Shown piece after piece: positions 16,714-24,356 of a stretch of DNA of 24,356 bases (positions within the stretch are counted from its first letter, which is position 1; each line of letters begins with the position of its first letter). The DNA comes from a virus (taxonomy: Duplodnaviria; Caudoviricetes), in IMG/VR virus record IMGVR_UViG_3300049009_000021, positions 1 to 24,356 of that record; one strand, written 5' to 3'. The notes below the pieces were generated by a model. The model searched no databases, was not told where the DNA came from, and saw nothing but the letters and a program-made list of their open reading frames with translations. The translations under genes were made by a program, and so were the position numbers.

Positions 16714-17111
16714 TTCAAGGCGCTGATGTAGGTCATTGGGTAGCAGAGCGAGTACAAGGCAAGTATTTTGCAGATGGTTCTCAAGCAATTGGGTTAGAGC
16801 GTGACGGTCAGATTATTGCAGGCGTGATTTACGAGAATTGGAACAAAGCCTCGATTGTGTGCCATATAGCAATTGAAGGCCGTATGACAAAAGGGTATTT
16901 AAAAGCGATATTTAGCTATCCTTTTGAGTTTTGTAAGGTAAAAAAGATTATTGTGCCGGTGAGCAGTACCCATGCAAAAAGCCTAAAATTAGTTACTAAA
17001 ATGGGTTTTGTTGAAGAAGCAAGGGTAAAAGATGCAGCACCGGATGGCGATATTATATTTTTGACATTGGCAAAAGAAAATTGCCGATTTCTAGGGGTAG
17101 AAAATGGGTAA
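16698..17111 (+). CDS. GNAT-fold acetyltransferase-like phage protein
   Basis: AIFSYPF..CKVKKIIVPV...HAKSLKLVTKMGFVEE motif. Start is either TTG 16698 or ATG 16665. Confidence 0.65.
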   Translation: MGWHIVQGADVGHWVAERVQGKYFADGSQAIGLERDGQIIAGVIYENWNKASIVCHIAIEGRMTKGYLKAIFSYPFEFCKVKKIIVPVSSTHAKSLKLVTKMGFVEEARVKDAAPDGDIIFLTLAKENCRFLGVENG

Positions 17112-18405
17112 GTCAGCAGCAGCACCACCAGCACCAGATTATATTGGCGCAGCGAAACAGCAAGGTATTGATAACTTGACGGCGGCTAGGCAGTCAAATA
17201 TTATGTCAAACCCAAATATGTACACACCATTTGGGAATCAGACTGTAACTTATTCTGCCCCAACATTTGACCAAAGCGGCTATGACACAGCGTTGGCAAA
17301 ATATAACGCTGGCAACGTAGACCGAAATAGATATTACAGACCAGATGAACAAACTGGTCAAACATATTTTGATCAAGCAAGTTTTGATGCCGACAATGCA
17401 CGGCGAGGCGCAGCGCCAACCCGAGAAGGGTTTATGACGGGTGGCGGTCAGCCAACGGTTACACAAACGTTAACCCCACAAGCTCAACAAACGCTAGATG
17501 CACAGCAACGTGTGCAAACTTCATTAGCTAACCTTGGTGAAAGAGGCATTTCAAATGCTTATGCCACGCTTTCGCAACCTTTTACACCAACGTCAACTGA
17601 TATTAAAAAAGATTTTGGTGGGTATCAAGCAGCGCCACTAGCCGATCAATATGGGTTAGCACAAGCAAGAACAGCTGCCGACACTTATGGTTTGGCACAA
17701 CGGCAAATAGATACAAGTGGCTTGACTCAAATGCCTACTAATGCAGGCATCAATGCTCAACAAGCTATTTTGGCTCGACTTGATCCAACTATTCAGGCCG
17801 GTGACGTATCTTTCAGGCAAACATTGGCAAACCAAGGTTTAGCGCCAGGCACACAAGCCTACGATGCTGCATACAGAAACCGTCAAATGGGCATTAATGA
17901 CTTGTACAGCCAAGCTGCGTTGCAAGGCATCAATATTGACATGGCGGCTCGTCAGCAAGGATTAAACGAGCAATTGTCGCAGGCCGGCTTATACAACACG
18001 GCAGTTGGTCAAAACTTTGGTCAAGGCGTGACTGCCGATCAACTAGCAAATGCTGCTGTTGGTCAAAACTTTGGTCAGGGCATTACCGCACAAGGTCAAC
18101 AGTACAACCAAGCACTAGCAAAAGCCCAGTTTCAAAATACCGCACAGCAACAGCAACTAGCGCAAGATTTGGCGTTACGACAACAGCCAATTAATGAAGT
18201 CATTGGGTTGATGGGTGGTTCACAAATTCAATTGCCTCAATTCCAAGGGTATCAAGGCATGAGCGTTGCACCATCACCAACTTTTGCGGGTACGCAGGCG
18301 CAAGGGCAGGCTGATATGTCACGGTATGGTATTCAGCAAGCTGGCGCTAATGCAGGGATTCAAGGGCTTACTTCATTGGGTGGCATGGCTGCGATGTATT
18401 TCTGA
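17104..18405 (+). CDS. Putative DNA ejection/pilot (internal virion) protein
   Basis: MGKSAAAPPAPDY..AA N-terminus, Gln/Ala/Gly-rich. Position after the tail genes. Confidence 0.6.
   Translation: MGKSAAAPPAPDYIGAAKQQGIDNLTAARQSNIMSNPNMYTPFGNQTVTYSAPTFDQSGYDTALAKYNAGNVDRNRYYRPDEQTGQTYFDQASFDADNARRGAAPTREGFMTGGGQPTVTQTLTPQAQQTLDAQQRVQTSLANLGERGISNAYATLSQPFTPTSTDIKKDFGGYQAAPLADQYGLAQARTAADTYGLAQRQIDTSGLTQMPTNAGINAQQAILARLDPTIQAGDVSFRQTLANQGLAPGTQAYDAAYRNRQMGINDLYSQAALQGINIDMAARQQGLNEQLSQAGLYNTAVGQNFGQGVTADQLANAAVGQNFGQGITAQGQQYNQALAKAQFQNTAQQQQLAQDLALRQQPINEVIGLMGGSQIQLPQFQGYQGMSVAPSPTFAGTQAQGQADMSRYGIQQAGANAGIQGLTSLGGMAAMYF
18004..18077 (+). repeat. 20-nt perfect direct repeat GTTGGTCAAAACTTTGGTCA x2 (within duplicated AVGQNFGQG)
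   Basis: Copies at 18004-18023 and 18058-18077, 54 nt apart and in frame. Confidence 0.85.
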
Positions 18406-19097
18406 TGTTAGGTTTAGCATTCTCAGGCGGGAAGGATTCTTTAGCGTGTTGGTATTTGTACCGTGAAAAAAATCCCATCGTCTTTTGGGCAAATACTGGC
18501 AAGTCTTACCCTGAAACGATCAAAATCATCGAACAGGTTAAAGCAGAAGCGGTTGAATTTATTGAAGTGAAGTCAGATCAAGAGCAGCAGATTAAGTTTT
18601 ACGGCTATCCAAGTGATGTTGTGCCGGTTGACCATAGCCTTGAAGGTATGGTGTTTGCAGGCGATAAGCCAGTACGAGTACAGAGTTATTTAAACTGTTG
18701 TTGGGCAAACGTGGGACAACCTCTGACAGAGGCAATAGCTAAACGTGGCATTACGCACTTAATTCGTGGGCAAAGGCTTGATGAAAGCCACAAATCCACG
18801 GCTCGGCACGGGTCGGTAGTGAATGGTGTGACGTACATTCAACCGATAGAAACATGGACTAAAAAACAAGTTTTGGCGTTTTTACAGACTCAATGTCAGT
18901 TACCAGAACATTTTGCAATCGACCACTCAAGCCTTGATTGTTACGATTGCACAGCGTATTTGGCGCACTCAGCGGATCGAGTGGCATGGATGAAAGAAAA
19001 ACACCCAAATTTGCATGAAAAATATAAAATAAACATGGCGGCACTAAAGTCTGCCTTGTTGCCTACTTTAGAGTTATTAAGGAATTGCGATGCTTAA
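18405..19097 (+). CDS. Phosphoadenosine phosphosulfate (PAPS) reductase-family protein
   Basis: LAFSGGKDS PP-loop, NTGKSYPET, CC, GQRLDES, PIETWT...V..FL and SLDCYDCT motifs. Confidence 0.85.
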   Translation: MLGLAFSGGKDSLACWYLYREKNPIVFWANTGKSYPETIKIIEQVKAEAVEFIEVKSDQEQQIKFYGYPSDVVPVDHSLEGMVFAGDKPVRVQSYLNCCWANVGQPLTEAIAKRGITHLIRGQRLDESHKSTARHGSVVNGVTYIQPIETWTKKQVLAFLQTQCQLPEHFAIDHSSLDCYDCTAYLAHSADRVAWMKEKHPNLHEKYKINMAALKSALLPTLELLRNCDA

Positions 19098-19404
19098 TCA
19101 ATATGTAAACCTTTCTCCGCAACAGAAAATGGCGCAGATGCTGCAACAGCAAGCCCAACAGACACCACTGCAAGGTGGGCAACAAGAGATGCCGCAATCA
19201 ATGGGTCAACAGGCAGCACAAAACCCGTTTGGCGGCGTACAAGATGCGATGAAAATGTACAACCAGTTTAATCAGCAAGGCGATATGCAAGATTATAAAG
19301 ACTACATTGCTCGACTTAAACTTGGTCAAGCACAAACTGGCGGCATGTTTGATTCGGCTAATGCTCAAGCGCCAGCGATGACTGCAAACAATTACACGGG
19401 GTAA
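19090..19404 (+). CDS. Gln-rich hypothetical protein
   Basis: 104 aa, RBS AAGGA. Overlaps the upstream stop. Confidence 0.65.
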   Translation: MLNQYVNLSPQQKMAQMLQQQAQQTPLQGGQQEMPQSMGQQAAQNPFGGVQDAMKMYNQFNQQGDMQDYKDYIARLKLGQAQTGGMFDSANAQAPAMTANNYTG

Positions 19405-19407
19405 ATC

Positions 19408-20850
19408 ATGGCTACTGCTATGCCAACAACGCAAGGTTATCGTGCGCCAGGCCCGTATGATGAGGATTACCGTTCAATTGCTCGTCGTGAGCAAATGGCG
19501 CAAATTTTGCAACAGCAAGCATTTCAGCCAATTGAAGTTGGATCGTATCAAGGTATTCAAGCGCCTATTTCTCCTATCTCCGGAATTGCTAAAATTCTGC
19601 AAGGCTATCTTGCAGGGCAGCAAATGGACAAAGCTGACGAAGGCCGACAAGATTTACTATATAGAGCAGAAAATGCTGATCGTGCTTTGGTTGGGTTGCC
19701 ACCTGTTGAAAGAACAAGACCACAACAATTAGCTCAAGCGTTACAGCAACCAGCGGCTACAACATATGGTGAAGGTGCGCCACCAACAAGTATGTCACCA
19801 ACGGGTATGCCACAAACAAGTATGCCATCAACAGGTGTTCCGCAGGCTCAAGTAATGCCAGTTGCTCAATCATTCCCGATTGGGCCATCGGGCGCATACC
19901 AAAACTTGCCACCAAATCAAGAAATTGATGCAGTGCCGCAAGCAGCGCCAGTTCAGGGTATGCCAACGCAAGGCGTACCGACTCAAGGTGTAGCGCCAAA
20001 AGGTCAATTTACACCACCAGGCGGCGGGTCACCATTGCCATCTGTTACGGGTGATCCTGTAAAAGATTTGGCATTGCTTAAACAATTTAGAGGCGATACA
20101 GCTGCATACGTTAAATTTGCTTATGAACAAAATAAACCACAAGTGGTGGCTAAAGGTGGATCATTATTTACCAATCAAGGAAAATTGATCGTTGGTACGC
20201 CTGATGAAAGCGGCAATGTAACGGTTCAACTTCCTGATGGCACTTTCCGTAGGGAAAAAGTTGCTGGCGCAGCCGAACTAACACGAGGTGAAGCGTTTAC
20301 AAAAGAATATGCAACTGAAGGCGCAAAAGCAACAGTAGCACGAGATACTACGCATTTTGGTCTAGCTGAATCTGCACCACAAAACATTGAAAAAGCTAAT
20401 CGTATTATTGATTTAGTTGAATCTGGTGCATTAACTGGGACGGCAGCAGAAAGAAAATTGCAAATTGCTCGTTTGTTTAACATTACGGGTAACGGGCCAG
20501 AAGAAACAATTAAAAAGACTGAATTGTTAATTTCTGGTCTTGGTCAAAACGTGCTTGATAATATTAAAGCGTCTGGCCTTGGTACTGGACAAGGATTTAC
20601 CGACTCTGACCGAGAATTTTTAAGAAATGTGGTTGGTGGGTCAATTGAACTTAATGCAAAAACTCTTACTGAATTGGCTAGATTGCAAAAACTATCTAAT
20701 CAACGTAACGTTGAAAAATGGAACAAACGGGTTGGTGAAATTGATCCAAACGTTAGAAAAGACATGGGTTATAAACCTGTGGAACTTGGCAACACTTACA
20801 GTCAAAGCGAAATTCGTGCTGAATTGAAACGCAGAGGATTGACTCAATAA
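19408..20850 (+). CDS. Putative internal virion/ejection protein
   Basis: 480 aa with a Pro/Gln/Thr low-complexity middle and a G.GFTDSDREFL C-terminal motif. Confidence 0.6.
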   Translation: MATAMPTTQGYRAPGPYDEDYRSIARREQMAQILQQQAFQPIEVGSYQGIQAPISPISGIAKILQGYLAGQQMDKADEGRQDLLYRAENADRALVGLPPVERTRPQQLAQALQQPAATTYGEGAPPTSMSPTGMPQTSMPSTGVPQAQVMPVAQSFPIGPSGAYQNLPPNQEIDAVPQAAPVQGMPTQGVPTQGVAPKGQFTPPGGGSPLPSVTGDPVKDLALLKQFRGDTAAYVKFAYEQNKPQVVAKGGSLFTNQGKLIVGTPDESGNVTVQLPDGTFRREKVAGAAELTRGEAFTKEYATEGAKATVARDTTHFGLAESAPQNIEKANRIIDLVESGALTGTAAERKLQIARLFNITGNGPEETIKKTELLISGLGQNVLDNIKASGLGTGQGFTDSDREFLRNVVGGSIELNAKTLTELARLQKLSNQRNVEKWNKRVGEIDPNVRKDMGYKPVELGNTYSQSEIRAELKRRGLTQ

Positions 20851-22970
20851 TGGCAAACATTGAACAATTTTCGTCGCAATACGGGCCTTTAGCCGGTAAA
20901 GTTGGCAGCGAACTGGGCGTAAGCCCTGATTTGTTATTAGGTCAATGGGGATTGGAAACGGGTTGGGGAAAAGGAATTATCCCTGGCACTAACAATCTCG
21001 GCAACATTATGGATTTTTCAGGCGGCGGTGTGGCTGCTGTTGATAACTACTTAGGTCGTACTGATAAATATCGTGCCTTTGAAACTCCAGAAGCATTTGG
21101 GGCGCATTTTGTAGATTTGATTAAGCGCAAATACCCAAACGTTGTAGGTGCGGGTGACGATGCTGTTAAGTTTGCAACAGCCTTGAAAGAAGGTGGTTAC
21201 GCAGAACATCCTGAATATATCAACTCATTAGTCAACACAATTCAATCAGTTAGAAAACAACCAAATTCTGCAAACTTAGTAGCAACCGCAACCACATCAG
21301 ACGCAAATCCAGTAGGAATATCGTCAATGAGTAACGAGCAATTGCTTAAACTTGCAACACCATCTGCGGCTAAAGGATTGGAAGGGTTAAGCAACGAAGA
21401 ATTATTAGGCATGGCAAAAGGTCAGCAGCCATCTGCACAAGCGCCACAAGGCCCAATGAAAGCCGGTGACGTTGCGTTTCAAGCTATCACAAACATTCCG
21501 TCAAGTGCAGCAAAGTTTGCAGGTGATATTTACCAAGCGGTAACTAATCCTGTTGAAACGGTTAAAAGCATTGGAATGTTGGGTGCTGGCGCAATTAAAA
21601 ATGCCTTGCCTAAGTCTGTTACAGATTTTATTACCTCAATCAGTAGCGAACCTGGTCAGATTGACAAAGCCGTTGAAATGGCTAATGCCGTGGGTGGCGA
21701 ATATGCTAAAAAATACGGCTCTCTTGAAGGGTTTAAGACAGCAATTGCAACTGATCCTGTAGGAACGGCAGCAGATATTTCTATGCTGTTTACTGGCGGC
21801 GGCTCGTTAGTAGGTAAATTGCCTGGCATGGTGGGTCGTGCCGGTGAAACGGTTGCTAACGTTGGTCGTGCAATTGACCCTTTAAATATTGCAGCCAAAG
21901 CCGTTACAAAGCCTTTGCAATTAGCAGAAATGCTTGCCACGCCTGCCGTTGGATTGGCAACTGGTGCAGGCGCTGAATCTATCCGTGAAGCTGCAAGAGC
22001 AGGTGCAGCTGGTGGCGCAAAGGCAGAAGCATTTTTAGGTCAATTGCGTGGTAATGCGCCAATTGAAAACGTGGTTAACACGGCAAAAGAAGCTGTTGCA
22101 GAGCTGTACAGAAACAAGTCAGATGCTTACAAATCTGGTATGACTGGCGTAACACAAAACAGGACATTGCTTGATTTTGCGCCAATTGACCAAGCAATTA
22201 TTAACGCTGAAAAAGTTGGCAGTTTTAATGGCGTTGTGATTCGTGGTAACGCAGCAAGTGCTTTAAAAGAAATTAAAGATAAAGTTGCTGAATTTAAAGC
22301 AGGCAATCCTGCTGTATTTAGAACGGTTGAAGGTTTTGATAAATTAAAACAAGCCATTGGCGATATTCAACAAGCGTTGCCTTATGGAACGCCTGCTCGT
22401 AAAGTTGCAGACGATTTGTATAACTCAGTAAAAAACGAAATTACGAAGCAAGCACCTGATTACGCAAAAGTAATGGGCGATTACGAGCAAGCAAGTGCCT
22501 TGCTCAAAGACATTGAAGGATCGTTGTCACTAGGCAAAAAAGCCAATATCGATACGTCGGTTCGTAAGTTGCAATCAATTTTGCGTAACAATGCAAATAC
22601 TAATTACGGCAGACGGGTTGATTTAGGTCGGCAATTAGAGGCTACGGGTGTGCCAGGCGCTGACACATTGTTTCCACAATTAGCCGGTCAAATGCTTAGT
22701 TCGCCCACGCCAAGAGGGATTCAAGGTGCTACAAGTGTTTTAGGTGGAGCTACTGCATATGCAACTAATCCAGCATTGTTGCCAGGTTTAGTATTAACTT
22801 CGCCACGATTAGTCGGCGAGGCGGCATATTACGGTGGTAAAGCAGGCGGTGCAGCACAACGAGTGGCTGAGGCGTTAAAGTCATACACAGGAAAATCACC
22901 AATTGACCCTTATACGTTAAGGATGTTGGCAGCTAAATTAGGGCAAATTCAGCCCGAAGAACAGAGGTAA
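20850..22970 (+). CDS. Putative ejection protein with N-terminal GH73/FlgJ-like peptidoglycan hydrolase domain
   Basis: GQWGLETGWG, NNLGNI, YRAFET and GGYAEHPEY motifs in the first ~135 aa, followed by a long Ala/Gly-rich helical region. Confidence 0.75.
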   Translation: MANIEQFSSQYGPLAGKVGSELGVSPDLLLGQWGLETGWGKGIIPGTNNLGNIMDFSGGGVAAVDNYLGRTDKYRAFETPEAFGAHFVDLIKRKYPNVVGAGDDAVKFATALKEGGYAEHPEYINSLVNTIQSVRKQPNSANLVATATTSDANPVGISSMSNEQLLKLATPSAAKGLEGLSNEELLGMAKGQQPSAQAPQGPMKAGDVAFQAITNIPSSAAKFAGDIYQAVTNPVETVKSIGMLGAGAIKNALPKSVTDFITSISSEPGQIDKAVEMANAVGGEYAKKYGSLEGFKTAIATDPVGTAADISMLFTGGGSLVGKLPGMVGRAGETVANVGRAIDPLNIAAKAVTKPLQLAEMLATPAVGLATGAGAESIREAARAGAAGGAKAEAFLGQLRGNAPIENVVNTAKEAVAELYRNKSDAYKSGMTGVTQNRTLLDFAPIDQAIINAEKVGSFNGVVIRGNAASALKEIKDKVAEFKAGNPAVFRTVEGFDKLKQAIGDIQQALPYGTPARKVADDLYNSVKNEITKQAPDYAKVMGDYEQASALLKDIEGSLSLGKKANIDTSVRKLQSILRNNANTNYGRRVDLGRQLEATGVPGADTLFPQLAGQMLSSPTPRGIQGATSVLGGATAYATNPALLPGLVLTSPRLVGEAAYYGGKAGGAAQRVAEALKSYTGKSPIDPYTLRMLAAKLGQIQPEEQR

Positions 22971-22975
22971 TCAAA

Positions 22976-24356
22976 GTGAGCTACAACGGTTCAGGCACGT
23001 TCGTAATCAACTCAGCTGGTCAGCCAGTTGTTACAGGAACAGTCATCTCATCAACAGCGTTTAATGCGCTGACCGCTGATTTGGCTACCGGCCTATCGAC
23101 TGCGCTTACTAAAGACGGTCAAACTACACCGACAGCCAATCTTCCTATGGGAACTTTTAAGTTTACGGGATTGAGTGCGGGATCGGCAGCAACTGACTCT
23201 GCAAATATTGCACAAGTGCAAAACTCGTTTGGCTCGTTCTTGACCGTATCTGGAACAGACACAATTACAGCGACTGTTAGCCCAGCATTAACTGCGTATA
23301 CAGCGGGTCAAATGTTTGCGTTTGTTGCAGCCAACACAAATACTGGTGCGGTGACAATCAACATTAGTACTTTAGGTGCAAAGGCAGTTACAAAAACCGG
23401 AACAACAGCGTTAGTATCAAGCGATTTAATTGCAAACTATTTGTACGTTATTGTGTACGACGGCACGCAATTTCAAGTAGTCGGTGTATCTGCAACAACA
23501 TTTGCAAATTTAACCATTAGCGGTGTTTTGACTCTTTCAGGCGCAGGCGTTCAGTTAACCAGTTCAGGTACTGGCGCATGGAAAATGCCAGTAGGTACAA
23601 CGGGTCAACGCCCAACGGGTGCTGCGGGTTTAATTCGTCAAAATACTACAACTGGAAACCCTGAATGGTATGACACAACTACTTCAACATGGCGGCAATT
23701 TAGTCAGCCTGCTGGGTACTCGGTTGATTACTTGATTGCGTCTGGTGGTGGCGGTGGAGGCGGTGGGTCAGGCGGTGGTGGCGGTGCGGGTGGATTATTA
23801 ACTGGTACGACTTCATTATCTTCAGGTGTAGCTTACACAATTACAATAGGTTCAGGTGGGGCAGGTGGAACAACAAACACAGACGGCACTATAGGCGTTG
23901 TTTCAAGCGCACTTACCGTATCGCCTGTTGGCGGCGGTTATGGGCAAGGTAGCGTAGGTGGTTCAGGCGGTTCAGGTGGGGCAGGCGGTTCAGGCGGCGG
24001 TGGATTTGGCGGCGGTGGTGGATCTGGCTCAGGCGGTACTGGAACATCTGGGCAAGGATCAAATGGCGGTAACGGTGCTACTCAAAACGCAGGTGGCGGC
24101 GGCGGCTCAAGTGCCGTTGGTGGCAATGCAGTTGCATCGGCCTCAGCGGGCGTGGGTGGGGCAGGCACATCCAATAGTATTAGCGGCTCGGCGGTAACGT
24201 ATGCAGGCGGTGGCGGTGGCGGCGCTTTGAACAATGGGTCAGCACTTGGCGGGGCAGGTGGAGCAGGTGGTGGAGGTCTTGGTGGCTACACCGCTGCCGG
24301 TGCGGCAGGATCAGCCAATTCAGGTGGTGGCGGTGGCGGTGGCGGTGGTTCTGGCT
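22976..24356 (+). CDS. Tail fibre protein with Gly-rich C-terminal region (partial, runs off the window)
   Basis: GAGG RBS and GTG 22976: MSYNGSGTFVINSAGQPVVTGTVISSTAFNALTADLATGLSTALTKDGQTTPT... Later contains VDYLIASGGGGGGGG..GGGGAGG. No stop seen before the window end. Confidence 0.8.
   Translation, partial: MSYNGSGTFVINSAGQPVVTGTVISSTAFNALTADLATGLSTALTKDGQTTPTANLPMGTFKFTGLSAGSAATDSANIAQVQNSFGSFLTVSGTDTITATVSPALTAYTAGQMFAFVAANTNTGAVTINISTLGAKAVTKTGTTALVSSDLIANYLYVIVYDGTQFQVVGVSATTFANLTISGVLTLSGAGVQLTSSGTGAWKMPVGTTGQRPTGAAGLIRQNTTTGNPEWYDTTTSTWRQFSQPAGYSVDYLIASGGGGGGGGSGGGGGAGGLLTGTTSLSSGVAYTITIGSGGAGGTTNTDGTIGVVSSALTVSPVGGGYGQGSVGGSGGSGGAGGSGGGGFGGGGGSGSGGTGTSGQGSNGGNGATQNAGGGGGSSAVGGNAVASASAGVGGAGTSNSISGSAVTYAGGGGGGALNNGSALGGAGGAGGGGLGGYTAAGAAGSANSGGGGGGGGGSG

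Noticed and set aside
18004-18077. Direct repeats as a CRISPR mini-array, att site or DGR template
   Set aside because: Only two in-frame copies encoding a peptide repeat. No cas, integrase or reverse transcriptase gene in the window.
381-22357. Numerous minus-strand and nested ORFs in the track (e.g. 5118-5822, 13745-14212, 1395-1793)
   Set aside because: They are shadows of well-supported + strand genes and show no recognisable motifs.
23958-24197. 79-aa ORF MVQAVQVGQAVQAA...
   Set aside because: Alternative-frame reading of the Gly-rich tail fibre.

Overview
The window is the packaging and morphogenesis module of a tailed dsDNA phage with a podovirus-like, P22-type gene order. All credible genes lie on the + strand, many of them coupled by overlapping stop/start codons. 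Order: Ref-like nuclease, RusA, small conserved proteins, terS, free-standing HNH endonuclease, terL, glycosyltransferase, FkbM methyltransferase, portal, S74-chaperone fibre, scaffold, major capsid protein (MCP), decoration protein, Maf/MptE-like enzyme, adaptor, nozzle, GNAT-like protein, ejection proteins (one with a GH73-like muramidase domain), a PAPS-reductase-family gene and a Gly-rich tail fibre running off the end. Two essential genes are not simple ORFs. (1) The MCP gene is split by a 260-nt ORF-less group I intron (11033-11292) with a T4 td-like IA2 core; splicing restores a 333-aa protein. (2) terL carries 5 extra nt inside its Walker A motif. This creates an in-frame CGA-AAG hexamer, a known bacterial -1 frameshift signal, flanked by hairpins. 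It may be programmed recoding, or an assembly or inactivating lesion. All family assignments come from motif recognition by eye, not from database searches.
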